Source of the DNA: Thermoplasmatota archaeon
GTDB lineage: Archaea; Thermoplasmatota; E2; JACPAO01; JAHFTW01
DNA: 64,000 nt
NCBI GenBank assembly: GCA_041601615.1
Contig: JBFIHX010000002.1
Location: 96,001-160,000 of the forward strand
Reading direction: 5' to 3'
Position 1 is the first letter of the stretch. Every line of letters starts with the position of its first letter. The translations under genes and the position numbers were made by a program. This document shows positions 19,917-29,996 of the stretch, one piece after another. The notes below the pieces were generated by a model. That model saw only the letters and a program-made list of their open reading frames with translations. It did not search any database and was not told the DNA's origin.

Positions 19917-20195
19917 ATGCTCGGATACGAGGAATCAGAGCTGGATCCAGCCATCCAAGCGGAGATCCTCTTTGAATCCGCGCGCACGGAGGCACGCATC
20001 GCCATTTTGGAGATTCTTGTCGCCTTGGGCTTCGGGATTTGGTACCATGTGCAAGGGCCGGTGTTTCGCGCCGTCGCGTTGTTTTGTCTCTTGACCGTCA
20101 TCCCGCTTCTCGTGGACGCGGCCCTTCGTCGCAAAGCGGCCTCGCGGTTGCAGGGCATCGGTCCGCAACCGGCGACTCTGCCGGGCGGGCGCTAA
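19917..20195 (+). CDS. Small 2-TM membrane protein
   Basis: Two hydrophobic helices; start uncertain (19881 or 19917). Confidence 0.5.
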   Translation: MLGYEESELDPAIQAEILFESARTEARIAILEILVALGFGIWYHVQGPVFRAVALFCLLTVIPLLVDAALRRKAASRLQGIGPQPATLPGGR

Positions 20196-20207
20196 GCCGT
20201 TGATGGG

Positions 20208-20597
20208 TTAGGAGACGGCTTGGTCGAGCCGATACAATCGCCCCTTGCCCCGGCTTGCCAGGACGATGAGGCCGCGACGCCTTGCTTCCGCCTGGAGAAG
20301 CCGGTCGTTGCTCAGAACTGCGGCCCGGAGCTTGGATGCCACATTGAGCACCGCGTCGTCGCCGGGAAGGTCCGTCGCTGCGCGTTCAAAGCGGACGAGG
20401 AGCCGGAGGGCGCCCGTGGCCGCCCGAGCAGTGGCATCCTGGCCGTCGGCAAGGGTTTGAAGCTCTGTCACGACAGCGTCGGGGACCACGAACCGCACGG
20501 CCCCAAGGATGCCTTCGGCCTCCAGGAGAATGTCTGTGCCGTCGGTGAACGGAAGCAGCAGTGCATTGGTGTCCAGGACCACGGGGACGCCGGACAC
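20208..20597 (-). CDS. PIN-domain protein (COG1412, Fcf1/Utp24-like)
   Basis: VVLDTNALL, V..EL, GDDAVL, SNDRLL; conserved archaeal position downstream of eif2g. Confidence 0.85.
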   Translation of the reverse strand: MSGVPVVLDTNALLLPFTDGTDILLEAEGILGAVRFVVPDAVVTELQTLADGQDATARAATGALRLLVRFERAATDLPGDDAVLNVASKLRAAVLSNDRLLQAEARRRGLIVLASRGKGRLYRLDQAVS

Positions 20598-20610
20598 GAA
20601 TGGGGGCCTC

Positions 20611-21861
20611 CTATTGCAGGACGCCGTAGCCGATGAGGCGCCAGCGGCCACCGACGCGGCGGCTGATGGCCACACGACTTCCTGCTTCGCCTGCGACAGG
20701 GAGCTTCAGCACGGCTTCGATGTTGCCGCCGGCCGACTTCAGAACGAGTCCGACGGTGGTTGCGGTGCCGACGTTGAGCATCAGTGGTTCCTTGACTTTG
20801 ATGGGCTCGACGGTGGTGTCTTCGCTTGCGCCCACGACGCGGTCCAGCAAGTGGACTTCCATTTGGAGGCGGTCGCGGACTTCGGGAAGTTCTCCCGGGT
20901 GGCCGAGCACGCGACCCACGAGGTTGTCGGCCTTGGTGACGCTGGGGTCAAGTTCGGTGCCGATGGCAATGAGGCCGCCGGGGGTCGCTTCCTTGAGGCT
21001 CTGGGTGCCGCAGTACAGCGATGTGACCTTGGTGGTCACTGGCACATACTTCGCTTTGCCGTCCTTTTCGACGCGAAGGCCGGGCTGGACCTCGATTTTG
21101 TCGCCGACTTTGAGCGTGCCTCGGCTCAGGGTGCCGCCGATGACGCCGCCGCGAATTTTCTTGGGGGCGGTGCCGGGGCGGTTGATGTCGAAGCTGCGGG
21201 CCACGAGCATCTGCGGCGAGGCCGCGGGGTCGTGGGGTCGGCTCGGAATGTGGGCCTCGATGGCCTTGATGAGTTGCCCGAGGTTCACGTCGTGGTGGGC
21301 AGAAATCGGGATGATGGGGGCGTCCTCGGCGACGGTGCCTTTGACGAACGCCTTGATTTCCTTGTAGTTTTCAACCGCTCGCTCTTCGGATACGAGGTCG
21401 ATTTTGTTCTGGACGATGACGATGTTCTTGGCGCCCATGGTGTCGAGGGCCATGAGGTGCTCGCGCGTCTGCGGCTGCGGGCACTTCTCGTTGGCGGCGA
21501 CCATCAAGAGGGCACCATCCATGAGGGCGGCGCCAGAGAGCATGGTGGCCATGAGCGTCTCGTGGCCGGGGGCGTCCACGAAGCTGACGCGGCGCAGTTC
21601 TTCGGCCTTGCCCACTAGGCGCGGGTCGTCTGCCTTCGTGGTGTAGAGTTCGTGCCCTTCGGCGTCGAGGCCCTTGAAGAACGTGGAATCGGCGTAGCCC
21701 AGCTTGATGCTGATGCCGCGGCGAATTTCTTCTGAATGCTCGTCCGTCCATTTTCCAGAAAGGGCCTTGGTGAGGGTGGTCTTACCGTGGTCCACATGAC
21801 CGATAAGTCCGATGTTCACCTCTGGTTGTCCGGGGGCATCCTTGGGCACGGGCGCGGCCAA
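20611..21861 (-). CDS. eif2g: Translation initiation factor aIF2 gamma subunit
   Basis: [59 protein letters not shown]. Confidence 0.98.
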   Translation of the reverse strand: MAAPVPKDAPGQPEVNIGLIGHVDHGKTTLTKALSGKWTDEHSEEIRRGISIKLGYADSTFFKGLDAEGHELYTTKADDPRLVGKAEELRRVSFVDAPGHETLMATMLSGAALMDGALLMVAANEKCPQPQTREHLMALDTMGAKNIVIVQNKIDLVSEERAVENYKEIKAFVKGTVAEDAPIIPISAHHDVNLGQLIKAIEAHIPSRPHDPAASPQMLVARSFDINRPGTAPKKIRGGVIGGTLSRGTLKVGDKIEVQPGLRVEKDGKAKYVPVTTKVTSLYCGTQSLKEATPGGLIAIGTELDPSVTKADNLVGRVLGHPGELPEVRDRLQMEVHLLDRVVGASEDTTVEPIKVKEPLMLNVGTATTVGLVLKSAGGNIEAVLKLPVAGEAGSRVAISRRVGGRWRLIGYGVLQ

Positions 21862-21895
21862 GTGGGCCCTTGATAAAAGGCCGGCGGCCCCGAGG

Positions 21896-22078
21896 TTACG
21901 GCGCGCGCAGGCCCGGGGCGCCTCGTTGTCGGCCCAAGAATGCTGCGGCTCCTAGCAACAACAGAGCGGTCCCAATGGCAAAGAAGCGACCTGCGCCATT
22001 GGTTTGGGCTGCGAGCCAAGCCTCTACGGCAGCCAGCGCAAGCAGGAGCGCGACGCCGACTGCACGCATCCGAGCCAT
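21896..22078 (-). CDS. Small 2-TM hypothetical protein
   Basis: Hydrophobic hairpin with basic ends. Confidence 0.4.
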   Translation of the reverse strand: MARMRAVGVALLLALAAVEAWLAAQTNGAGRFFAIGTALLLLGAAAFLGRQRGAPGLRAP

Positions 22079-22433
22079 GGTCCGAGAAGGCGCGGACGGT
22101 GATTTGAGGTCGTCGGAGCACGGGCGAGGCGGCGTCAAACCAACAACTGTGCTAGTGGCCCTCCCCTTGAATTGCCAGAGGGGTACGTTCGCCTACCCCC
22201 TTCTCGACCACAAAAGGTTCCAGGTGCTTTCTGTCTCTCGTGCGAGTTGATTTTCTTCTTCAATGCCCTCCCGATTGTGGCTTCAAGTTGCAACAATGGA
22301 ACTGCGTGGAGGATTCCCAAGAGGGCCCTGTTGGGATCTGGCACACCCAATGTCCTGCTTGTGGTCGATCGTGGATTGTGGAGTGTCATGCTCCATAATC
22401 ATCGTCCACCTTCCGTACGGATTGTGCCTGGAG

Positions 22434-23216
22434 TTAGCTTCGAGCCGCCGCCAGTGCAACTGGCCGGCCCGCTCCCGTTTCGATCTTGCGAATTCGGCCG
22501 CTTTCCATGTGGACGATGCGGTGACATGAGCGCGCTATGGCTTCGTCGTGCGTGACAATGACGTAGGTTTGCCCTTGCTTTCCATTCAATTCATGCAGCA
22601 AGTCAAGGATTTCCTGTCCTGTCTCCGTGTCGAGGTTGCCCGTGGGTTCATCGGCCCATACGATGGCAGGCTCATTGACCAGACTGCGGGCGATGGTGAC
22701 TCGCTGTTGCTGGCCTCCGGACAACTCCTTGGGCCTGTGGTGCAAGTGATCGCCGAGCCCAACTCGAACGAGCGCTTGCGTAGCGCGCCGGGCGGCGGTT
22801 TTGGGATCTGCGCCGGCCACGAGAAGGGGCAGTTCCACATTCTCCACGGCGGTGAGCACGGGTAGGAGGTTGAAGCTCTGAAACACGAAGCCCATGCGGC
22901 GGGCGCGCAGCCGTGTCCGTTCCAAATCGGATAGGGCGGCCATTTCCTGTCCCTCCAGTTGCACGGAGCCGGTGCTTACGTCATCGAGGCCGCTGAGGCA
23001 GTTCAGGAGCGTGGTTTTGCCACAACCACTGGGCCCCATGATTGCGACCATTTCTCCACGACGAATGTCCAGGTCGACGCCTTTGAGGGCTTCAAGTCGC
23101 AAGCGACCTGTCTCGTACACCTTGGAGACCCTGCGCGCCTGCACGATGGCATCGTCCACACTTGGTTCACCTCGGCGCGAAAGAAAGCGTTTGTCGGCAT
23201 CGGGTTTGAACGTCAC
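22434..23216 (-). CDS. ABC transporter ATP-binding protein (LolD/MacB-type)
   Basis: [39 protein letters not shown]. Confidence 0.93.
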   Translation of the reverse strand: MTFKPDADKRFLSRRGEPSVDDAIVQARRVSKVYETGRLRLEALKGVDLDIRRGEMVAIMGPSGCGKTTLLNCLSGLDDVSTGSVQLEGQEMAALSDLERTRLRARRMGFVFQSFNLLPVLTAVENVELPLLVAGADPKTAARRATQALVRVGLGDHLHHRPKELSGGQQQRVTIARSLVNEPAIVWADEPTGNLDTETGQEILDLLHELNGKQGQTYVIVTHDEAIARSCHRIVHMESGRIRKIETGAGRPVALAAARS

Positions 23217-24244
23217 TTGTTGCGTCGGCGTGCTGCTGCGACGAGCGCCAAAGCGAGTGCGGCAATCATAACCGGAGCCCCGAGCGGGCTGTCTTTGCCG
23301 GGCGCAGGCACGTCTTCGGGCGTATCGGCCTCGACGTTGACCTTGCCGTCGTCTTGGCGGGCAAATTTGCTCGTCGGCACCGTAATTGCCTCATGGCCGC
23401 CAAGGTCGGTGGTGAGTTCTAGAATCAAGTCGCCATCCTTGGGGGCTTCTTGGACGTGGAATGTGAACTTCGGGTTCGTTCCCGGCTCCACGGCACGCGG
23501 CTCCACGTTGATGAGTCGGGTGACCCAGCCGGTTTGTTCCGGGACGGTGAGGATGATGTGTTGGCCAATGACGGAGATGAGGTTCTCGACGGTGACCGTG
23601 ACGGTGCCGTTGGCGGCGGCCGAGACGGTGCTGCGGGTGTAGCCGTGGGGCAGAGCAATGGTGATGTCCCCCGTTACGACGGTGCTGGCGCCGTCGATGG
23701 CTCCAGCGCCACCTGTGCCGGGAATGAACCGACCACCAGGGGCTACGTCTCGAATATCCTCGTCGGCATAGCTGCTCCAGACGAAATCGCTGACCGTGTC
23801 GCCGACTCCAATGCCAAGTTCGCTGTTGGCGACCCAGACTTGAAGGCTGCCCTCTACGGTCCCGGTCGGTTCGGTCATGAGGCTCGATTCGGCGACTTTG
23901 ATATTGCCTTCCCAGTCGACACCATCCGTGCTGCTGATGCGGTAGTCGTGCGCGCTGCCGCCGGCACTGAAGCTCAGGTCGAGGTGCAAGTTGTTTGCAA
24001 TTTTGGCGGGGCCGAATCCTCCATAGATGATCATGCGAAACATCAGGCCATCCTCGCCGGCCTGCCGATCGTAGGCCTCACGAACGTAGAGATCTTGCAA
24101 GTCAAAGCCATCGTAGTAGGCGTAGCTGTCGTCTGTGTCGTCCGCCAAGAGGTGCACTTCGTTGTCCAGCGGGTCGGGCGAGGCGTGCCCTTGTGCCAGC
24201 GGCGCGAGCAGCAGAACGGTCAGCACCACGAGGCGTTTTGTCAT
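23213..24244 (-). CDS. Secreted surface protein with C-terminal sorting signal; paralog of 25164-26534
   Basis: Signal peptide; C-terminus DSPLG + TM + RRRNK. Confidence 0.75.
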   Translation of the reverse strand: MTKRLVVLTVLLLAPLAQGHASPDPLDNEVHLLADDTDDSYAYYDGFDLQDLYVREAYDRQAGEDGLMFRMIIYGGFGPAKIANNLHLDLSFSAGGSAHDYRISSTDGVDWEGNIKVAESSLMTEPTGTVEGSLQVWVANSELGIGVGDTVSDFVWSSYADEDIRDVAPGGRFIPGTGGAGAIDGASTVVTGDITIALPHGYTRSTVSAAANGTVTVTVENLISVIGQHIILTVPEQTGWVTRLINVEPRAVEPGTNPKFTFHVQEAPKDGDLILELTTDLGGHEAITVPTSKFARQDDGKVNVEADTPEDVPAPGKDSPLGAPVMIAALALALVAAARRRNK

Positions 24245-24292
24245 GTTCCGAACACGCGCCGGCCGGGTTGATAAGACTTGTCGACGTCTTGT

Positions 24293-24784
24293 TCAACCAT
24301 ACAAGTCGCCCCAGACGCGGCTGAATCGATCCACGAGGTCGGGCGTGGGTTGGTGGCGTTCCAGGAGGCGACGCACCACGGCTTCATCTTCAAGACAGAA
24401 CTCGAAGCCGTCTTTTCGCACCACATCTGCAGCCACGAGTCGTTTGAGGTGGAACGTAAGCGTGGATTTGCCAAGGCCCGTCAGTTCGGCAAGTGCTGCG
24501 TGCCGTAGGGCGCCGTGTTCCAAGAGTGCCAACACAATATGGAGGCGTTTGGGGTCGCGCACGGCGGCAAGGGCAGGCCGTGGAAAGCCTTCATGTGCAG
24601 GAAACAGGCGGTGTGCTCCCTCGGCTTCGACGCGTTCAATCAGGCCGTCTTCGAGGAGGCTGGGGACATGGTATTCCACGAGGGCGATGGAAGTCCTCAG
24701 CTGCCGGGCCACTTCCCGCAGGTGCAGGCCCGGGTAGCGCCGGACCAAGGCGAGGATGCGGTCGCGCATGGCATCGGTGGCCAT
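24293..24784 (-). CDS. Double winged-HTH regulator (COG3398-like)
   Basis: YPGLHLREVARQL..SIALVEYH; LTGLGKSTLTFHLKRL. Confidence 0.85.
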   Translation of the reverse strand: MATDAMRDRILALVRRYPGLHLREVARQLRTSIALVEYHVPSLLEDGLIERVEAEGAHRLFPAHEGFPRPALAAVRDPKRLHIVLALLEHGALRHAALAELTGLGKSTLTFHLKRLVAADVVRKDGFEFCLEDEAVVRRLLERHQPTPDLVDRFSRVWGDLYG

Positions 24785-24785
24785 G

Positions 24786-25061
24786 TCACTTCAGAAGCGG
24801 GAGGACCAAGAGCGTCACGATGCCAAGATCGAACAGGCTGGAGATCAGTTCGAGGTGCTGATGGGCAACGGCGTGGGCAATCAATGCGTAGGCGACCAGA
24901 AGCCCTTTGAGCGCCATCACCCCGAAGGCGGCGGCCAGGAACCAGAGTTTGCGGTTGCCCGTTCGGTGCACGGCACGCGAGGCGAGGATTCCGAGCCCGA
25001 TGCTGATTGCCGACACCACGAGAATGACGACCACGGCGGCGGTTTCACTTGGATGGGCCAC
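24786..25061 (-). CDS. Small 3-TM membrane protein (resembles the haloarchaeal DUF7521 type)
   Basis: ASRAVHRTGNRKLWFLAAAF pattern; stop is adjacent to the wHTH start. Confidence 0.7.
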   Translation of the reverse strand: MAHPSETAAVVVILVVSAISIGLGILASRAVHRTGNRKLWFLAAAFGVMALKGLLVAYALIAHAVAHQHLELISSLFDLGIVTLLVLPLLK

Positions 25062-25163
25062 GATGTGCGACCCGCGCTGGTGCTTGAAGCCGTTGCGAAC
25101 CGTCCAGTTCAAGATATGACAAGAACACCCAAATAGCACCAAGTTTGTCAATCTTTGAACACG

Positions 25164-26534
25164 ATGCGACTGATTGCCCCCCTCGCCCTGTCCGCCCTCC
25201 TGTTGCTGGCCCCCCTGGCCGCTGCCCATGCCGCCGCACCTGCCCGGGATTTCGAGACCCGTATTCTGCACGACCACAACGACGATTCCGCAGTTGTACT
25301 CCTGGGCAAGCATGGCTTCGACACCATCGCCCTTGATGTCCGCGAAGCCCGAACCGCCATCGGCACTCCAGTTCTTGTCCTGCGCCTGCTTCTCAACGGC
25401 GGCTGCAATGGCAACCTGCCCTCGGATTGCCCAGAACTCTCCGAAGTCGTGCGCTTCACCGCCGACGGCACGGAACACTCCATCGCATTCAAGACCACAG
25501 ACGGCGGCGCCACCTGGTCCGGCGATGCCGTCCAGTTTGTGGGCCCCATGGGAATCAACGACGGCGCTCGATTCGCCATCGAAGCCTGGGTGCCCACAGC
25601 CCCCCTAGGAATCGGCCCTGGAACCGTGCTTTCGGACTGGTTCGTAGAGGGCTACTCGGGAGACAGTTCTGCCGACAACATGCCCGAAGGGGTCGTTGCC
25701 GGCGTGCCTGACCCGCTCGAGGGCGCATTCGACCTTGGCGACTACACCGTAGGATCGCCCGACATCTACGTATCCGCGCTTGCCCAAATTGCAGAGGCAA
25801 CGGCGAGCGCCGGCGACGAGGTCCGCTTCCCCGTCGACATTCGCAACATGCTCAGCATCGAACAAATTGTAGACCTCCAAGCCCTAGGTTCGCCCGAGTC
25901 CCGCATCGAACTGGACGGCATAGCAGTGCAAAATGTCAGCCTCGCCGCGAACTTCACCAAGACCGTCGAAGTGGTCGTTACGGCCCCCGACGCGAGCGCA
26001 CCCGTTGTCCTCGTGGCCACTTCCGGCCTCGGTGGCTTTTCCGTGGCGTCTCTTTCCATCAACGCCAAGGCCTCAGGCAATCCCGCAACCAGCATGGTGG
26101 ACAGCCCCGACATCCCAAGCGGCACATCATGGAGCCACACATTCACCAAGGCTGGAACGTTTGCCTACCACAACCACCACACTCCTGGTCAAATGGGCAC
26201 GATCCAAGTCGTCAGCAGCGCCGGCGCCACGCCAAAGGAAACCCACGAAGTTGCGCGCACGGACGCCGGTTTTGCACCCAAAACGCTGACCATCAACGTG
26301 GGCGACACCGTCACCTGGACCAACGACGCAAGCGACCTGCTTCGAATCATGGGCGGTTACGACGACGCGTCGATGGATCACGACGACGGCATGCACGACG
26401 ACAAGCACGATGACGAGCACGATGACCACCACGGCGATGGCCCCGATGCCAAAGCCACTCCGGGCGTGCCGGCCATGCTCCTTGGCATCGCGCTCGTCGC
26501 CCTTGCTGCCGTTCGTCGCCGCGTCAAGCAGTAA
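25164..26534 (+). CDS. Secreted surface protein with cupredoxin-like segment, His/Asp-rich linker and sorting signal
   Basis: Signal peptide; WSHTFTKAGTFAYHNH, FAPKTLTINVGDTVTWTN; MDHDDGMHDDKHDDEHDDHH; TPG + TM + RRR. Confidence 0.8.
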   Translation: MRLIAPLALSALLLLAPLAAAHAAAPARDFETRILHDHNDDSAVVLLGKHGFDTIALDVREARTAIGTPVLVLRLLLNGGCNGNLPSDCPELSEVVRFTADGTEHSIAFKTTDGGATWSGDAVQFVGPMGINDGARFAIEAWVPTAPLGIGPGTVLSDWFVEGYSGDSSADNMPEGVVAGVPDPLEGAFDLGDYTVGSPDIYVSALAQIAEATASAGDEVRFPVDIRNMLSIEQIVDLQALGSPESRIELDGIAVQNVSLAANFTKTVEVVVTAPDASAPVVLVATSGLGGFSVASLSINAKASGNPATSMVDSPDIPSGTSWSHTFTKAGTFAYHNHHTPGQMGTIQVVSSAGATPKETHEVARTDAGFAPKTLTINVGDTVTWTNDASDLLRIMGGYDDASMDHDDGMHDDKHDDEHDDHHGDGPDAKATPGVPAMLLGIALVALAAVRRRVKQ

Positions 26535-27813
26535 GTTCGCGTGCCGCGTGTTCGGCCGCCGACATGATGGCCGGCGCGTCCACGCTCTCTACCTTTCCTT
26601 CTGCCATCAAGACCCGACCGTGCACCACCGTTGCAGAGACGTCGCGCCCGCCCGCAGCATAGACGAGGTGGCTGACCGCATCGTGGCGTGGGACGAGGTG
26701 CGGTCGGCGGAAATCCACCATGCACAAATCCGCCGTAGCACCCACTTCGATGCGACCAAGATCGGGGCGCATCAAGGCGTCGGCGCCATCGCGAGTCGCC
26801 ATGTCCAAAACGCGCTGCGCCGGCAACACCGTCGGATCCCAGCGGTGTTGTTTTTGCACAAGCGCTGCAAATTTCATGGACTCAAACAAGTCCGTGCCGT
26901 TGTTGCTGGCCGCTCCGTCGGTGCCTAGACCAACATGGACCCCCGCATCGTGCAGCTCCGGTACGGGGCACACTCCCCCCGTGGCAAGCTTCAGATTCGA
27001 GACCGGACAATGCGCGACACTGGCACCGGCGTGGGCGATGTCGGAGACCTCCTGTTTGGTAATCCAGCCGCAGTGGGCTAGAATGGCGTTGGCGTCGAGG
27101 GCGCCGGTTTCCTTGAGCACCTGGATCGGGCGAGCCCCGTGCTTCTCGATGACGTCGTAGATCTCCGTGCGCGTCTCCGAGCAATGCGTGTGGAGTGGAA
27201 CGTTGTAGGTTGTGGCAAGTCGCGCCGATTCTTCGTAGGTCTCGCGGTTGCAGGTGTAGGTGCCGTGTGGGCTCGGACAGTGTGTGATGAGCGGGTCGCT
27301 GCGGGTCGCCTTGATGCTCGCCTCGATTTCGGCGATTTTGCGGTTTGCCTCCCCATCGGGTGTCTGAAACACGTCGACCATGCCCTCGCCACACCAGCCG
27401 CGAAGGCCGGCGTCGCGACAACTGGCGGCAATCGGGCCAGCTTCCATGAAGTACATGTCCAGGTAGCTCGTGACTCCGCCCGCGATCATCTCCAAGTGGC
27501 CAAGGTCCGCCCCGGCGCGCATGGTCGCCTCGGTGAGCTTCGCCTCCGCTGGCCAGATGCGTTCTTGGAGCCACGGTTCAAGCCGCATGTCGTCGCCGTA
27601 GCCACGAAACAGACCCATGGGGACGTGCGTGTGCAGGTTGATGAGCCCCGGCAGGACGACCTGGCCTGTGCCGTCGAGTTCGCGGTCTGCTTCTGGGGCT
27701 TTGCCTCCGACGCTGACAATGCGGTCGTCTTCCACGTACAAGTCGCCCTCGATGACGCGGCGCGTGTCGTCTTGGGTGACGATGGTGGTGTTGCGGATGG
27801 CGAGGCTGGCCAC
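26524..27813 (-). CDS. mtaD: Amidohydrolase, MTA/SAH deaminase-like
   Basis: PGLINLHTH, WLQERIWPAE, HTHCSET, AHCPVSNLKLATG, LGTDGAASNN. Confidence 0.85.
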   Translation of the reverse strand: MASLAIRNTTIVTQDDTRRVIEGDLYVEDDRIVSVGGKAPEADRELDGTGQVVLPGLINLHTHVPMGLFRGYGDDMRLEPWLQERIWPAEAKLTEATMRAGADLGHLEMIAGGVTSYLDMYFMEAGPIAASCRDAGLRGWCGEGMVDVFQTPDGEANRKIAEIEASIKATRSDPLITHCPSPHGTYTCNRETYEESARLATTYNVPLHTHCSETRTEIYDVIEKHGARPIQVLKETGALDANAILAHCGWITKQEVSDIAHAGASVAHCPVSNLKLATGGVCPVPELHDAGVHVGLGTDGAASNNGTDLFESMKFAALVQKQHRWDPTVLPAQRVLDMATRDGADALMRPDLGRIEVGATADLCMVDFRRPHLVPRHDAVSHLVYAAGGRDVSATVVHGRVLMAEGKVESVDAPAIMSAAEHAARELTA

Positions 27814-27946
27814 GACGCGGGGACACGGGGCAGTTGGAAGAGGCTTCGGGAGATTTAGTGAAGCCGAAAAGCCTTATTTTGAGGCGCCCCTAAACCTGAT
27901 TGTGCACGACGTGCTTGAGCTGTGGCCCCAAGAAGCCCGACCCAAA

Positions 27947-28378
27947 ATGGCGCCCGCACCCGCTCGGCGCGACCGCACCCTGTTTCTCTGGAAAGCCGGC
28001 CTCCTGCTTGCCACCACCCTCGCCCTCATCCCGATTCTTGCCTGGAAACACGAACTGGCCGCCACCACCTACGTTGCCTTCCTCGTCACCGTCCACGTTG
28101 CCGGCCTCGGCATCTTCCTCTACGGCGTGCGCAGACGAACCCTCGCCCCCAACACCCGAGGATTCCTCGTTCGCATCGCCGGCCTCATCGCCCTATTCTC
28201 GCTCGCAGGCCTCGCAAGCCAAGGCCTCCACGCCGGCCTCCATTCCACCATCTTTTGGGCAAGCCTCACCGCCATCTGGGCACTCCACACCGCCGGCGCC
28301 GCCCTCCTACACCTGCGCCCCCAATCGGCCCGCGCCAACGGTCACGCCGACGCCGGCAGCCTATGCCCATTCCTCTGA
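27947..28378 (+). CDS. 4-TM hypothetical membrane protein
   Basis: Four hydrophobic helices with intramembrane His; ends in CPFL. Confidence 0.65.
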   Translation: MAPAPARRDRTLFLWKAGLLLATTLALIPILAWKHELAATTYVAFLVTVHVAGLGIFLYGVRRRTLAPNTRGFLVRIAGLIALFSLAGLASQGLHAGLHSTIFWASLTAIWALHTAGAALLHLRPQSARANGHADAGSLCPFL

Positions 28379-28432
28379 ACCGCGCCACGCCGCCACCCAA
28401 ACCTCCACAACCGCCCCCAGCCCTCGCCTCGC

Positions 28433-28825
28433 GTGGCTTGGCACGACCAACCAAAACTGCGCAATCACCCCGCAGTCCTTGCCTACATCGACGACCTGGA
28501 GCCCGCACAGCGTGCCCACGTTACCACCATGCGCGAGCTAGTGCAATCGATGGACCCCGACGTGGTCGAATGCATCGCCTGGGGCATCCCTTTCTGGTTC
28601 CGGCGCGGCCCCCTTTGCTACGCCAGCGCCGCCAAGACCCACGTCACCCTCGGCATCGCGCGCGGCGTTGAAATCAACGACACCACCGGCCTACTTCGCG
28701 GCACCGGCAAGAGCCCCCTGCGCAAAACGATCCTCACGTTGCACCAGTCCTTTCCCGAGGCCGCCGCCCGCGACTGGCTCACCCAAGCCCTGCAACTTGA
28801 CGAAAGGGACGAAGAGGAATGCTAG
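28433..28825 (+). CDS. DUF1801 (YdhG-like) protein
   Basis: AYIDDL, ECIAWGIPFW, HVTLG...LLRGTGK. Confidence 0.8.
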   Translation: MAWHDQPKLRNHPAVLAYIDDLEPAQRAHVTTMRELVQSMDPDVVECIAWGIPFWFRRGPLCYASAAKTHVTLGIARGVEINDTTGLLRGTGKSPLRKTILTLHQSFPEAAARDWLTQALQLDERDEEEC

Positions 28826-29592
28826 GGAGTCTCCATTGCTTTTCGACTCGCCGTTAGCAACATCCGACGAGGCACCAAACCCGCAAACCGCAATGCCGCC
28901 AAACTCCGAGGCACCACCACAACGGGACGCCTTCGCATCATCCCCGCATACCCAACCTTGGCCGTCTCTGCCGCCGTAATCGCCCGCTTGAATGCCCGCG
29001 AACCATCCACCGCCGCCCGCGCCCCAAAGCCCGTGGAAACCGGCCCCGGACACAACACCGTGCACGTCACATCCGTGTGGCGCAATTCCTCATTCACCGC
29101 CTGACTGAAACTGTTGACAAACGCCTTCGTGGCATAATACACCGCCATCCCCGGCCCCGGCAGGAACCCCGCCGTGCTACCCACTTGCAGCACCCGACCA
29201 CGGCCCCGCGCCACCATGCCCGGAAGAAACAACCGCGTCAACGCAACGAGCGCCTCCACATTCAAACGCACCATATCCAACTCCATTTCCAACGGACGAT
29301 CTATCAAATTCCCATGCCCACCAAAACCGGCGTTGTTGACCAACACCTCCACCGAAATCCCACGCTCTTGTATCCACGAAAAAACCTCCTCGGCCGCCCC
29401 CGGCTTGCCAAGATCCATCGCCAAAACATGCACCCGAACGTCGTGCTCCGTCTCCAACTCCCCCGCCAGAGACTCCAACTCCAACAAACGCCGCGCAACC
29501 AGAACCACATCCCCGCCTCGACGCGCATGTTCCCGAGCCAACTCACGGCCAATACCGCTGCTTGCCCCAGTCACCAGGGCAGTTCCTACCAT
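28822..29592 (-). CDS. SDR oxidoreductase (DltE-like)
   Basis: TGASSGIG, NNAGFG, YYATK, CPGPV. Confidence 0.93.
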   Translation of the reverse strand: MVGTALVTGASSGIGRELAREHARRGGDVVLVARRLLELESLAGELETEHDVRVHVLAMDLGKPGAAEEVFSWIQERGISVEVLVNNAGFGGHGNLIDRPLEMELDMVRLNVEALVALTRLFLPGMVARGRGRVLQVGSTAGFLPGPGMAVYYATKAFVNSFSQAVNEELRHTDVTCTVLCPGPVSTGFGARAAVDGSRAFKRAITAAETAKVGYAGMMRRRPVVVVPRSLAALRFAGLVPRRMLLTASRKAMETP

Positions 29593-29653
29593 GCCTCTGC
29601 CACCGCGCGCCCACGCAAGAACCCCGTGGCCCGAAATGGCGAAAACGGCCAAC

Positions 29654-29995
29654 CTACGAAGTGGCCCGAACGCGCACATCACGCAGCCCCGGCACCTCAG
29701 CAAGATGCTCCAAAACCTGCTTGACTTGGCTGCTTCGCAACTGCGGCGAACGCACCGACAGCACCGACCTTCCCGCGACCACCAACAAACGCCAACGGGT
29801 CTTCTCCCACGCCATGCCGCGGCGAACAAGCGCAAAATGCACAACGCGACCCTGCCCCGCAAGCGGCGCCAACGCCTTCGCAATGGCAGCCTCCGCGTCC
29901 GCACCCGCATCATGCCGCGCATCAATCCGCACACGGCGAAACGTGCCCGCAGGAAGATCAATCAAATGGGCCTCGGCAGCTTCCACTCGAATCAT
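29654..29995 (-). CDS. Basic hypothetical protein, paralog of 29997-30440
   Basis: Shared C-terminal motif R.VL.VR...Q...LA.VP.L.D.RVR. Confidence 0.5.
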   Translation of the reverse strand: MIRVEAAEAHLIDLPAGTFRRVRIDARHDAGADAEAAIAKALAPLAGQGRVVHFALVRRGMAWEKTRWRLLVVAGRSVLSVRSPQLRSSQVKQVLEHLAEVPGLRDVRVRATS

Positions 29996-29996
29996 A

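Noticed and set aside
18690-20195. 501-aa ORF on the plus strand
   Set aside because: It reads through the repeat array, the tRNA and the antisense of the phosphatase; only the last about 93 codons look like a gene.
22135-22430. Short ORFs in the lower-GC gap
   Set aside because: No recognisable motif or codon bias in any frame examined.
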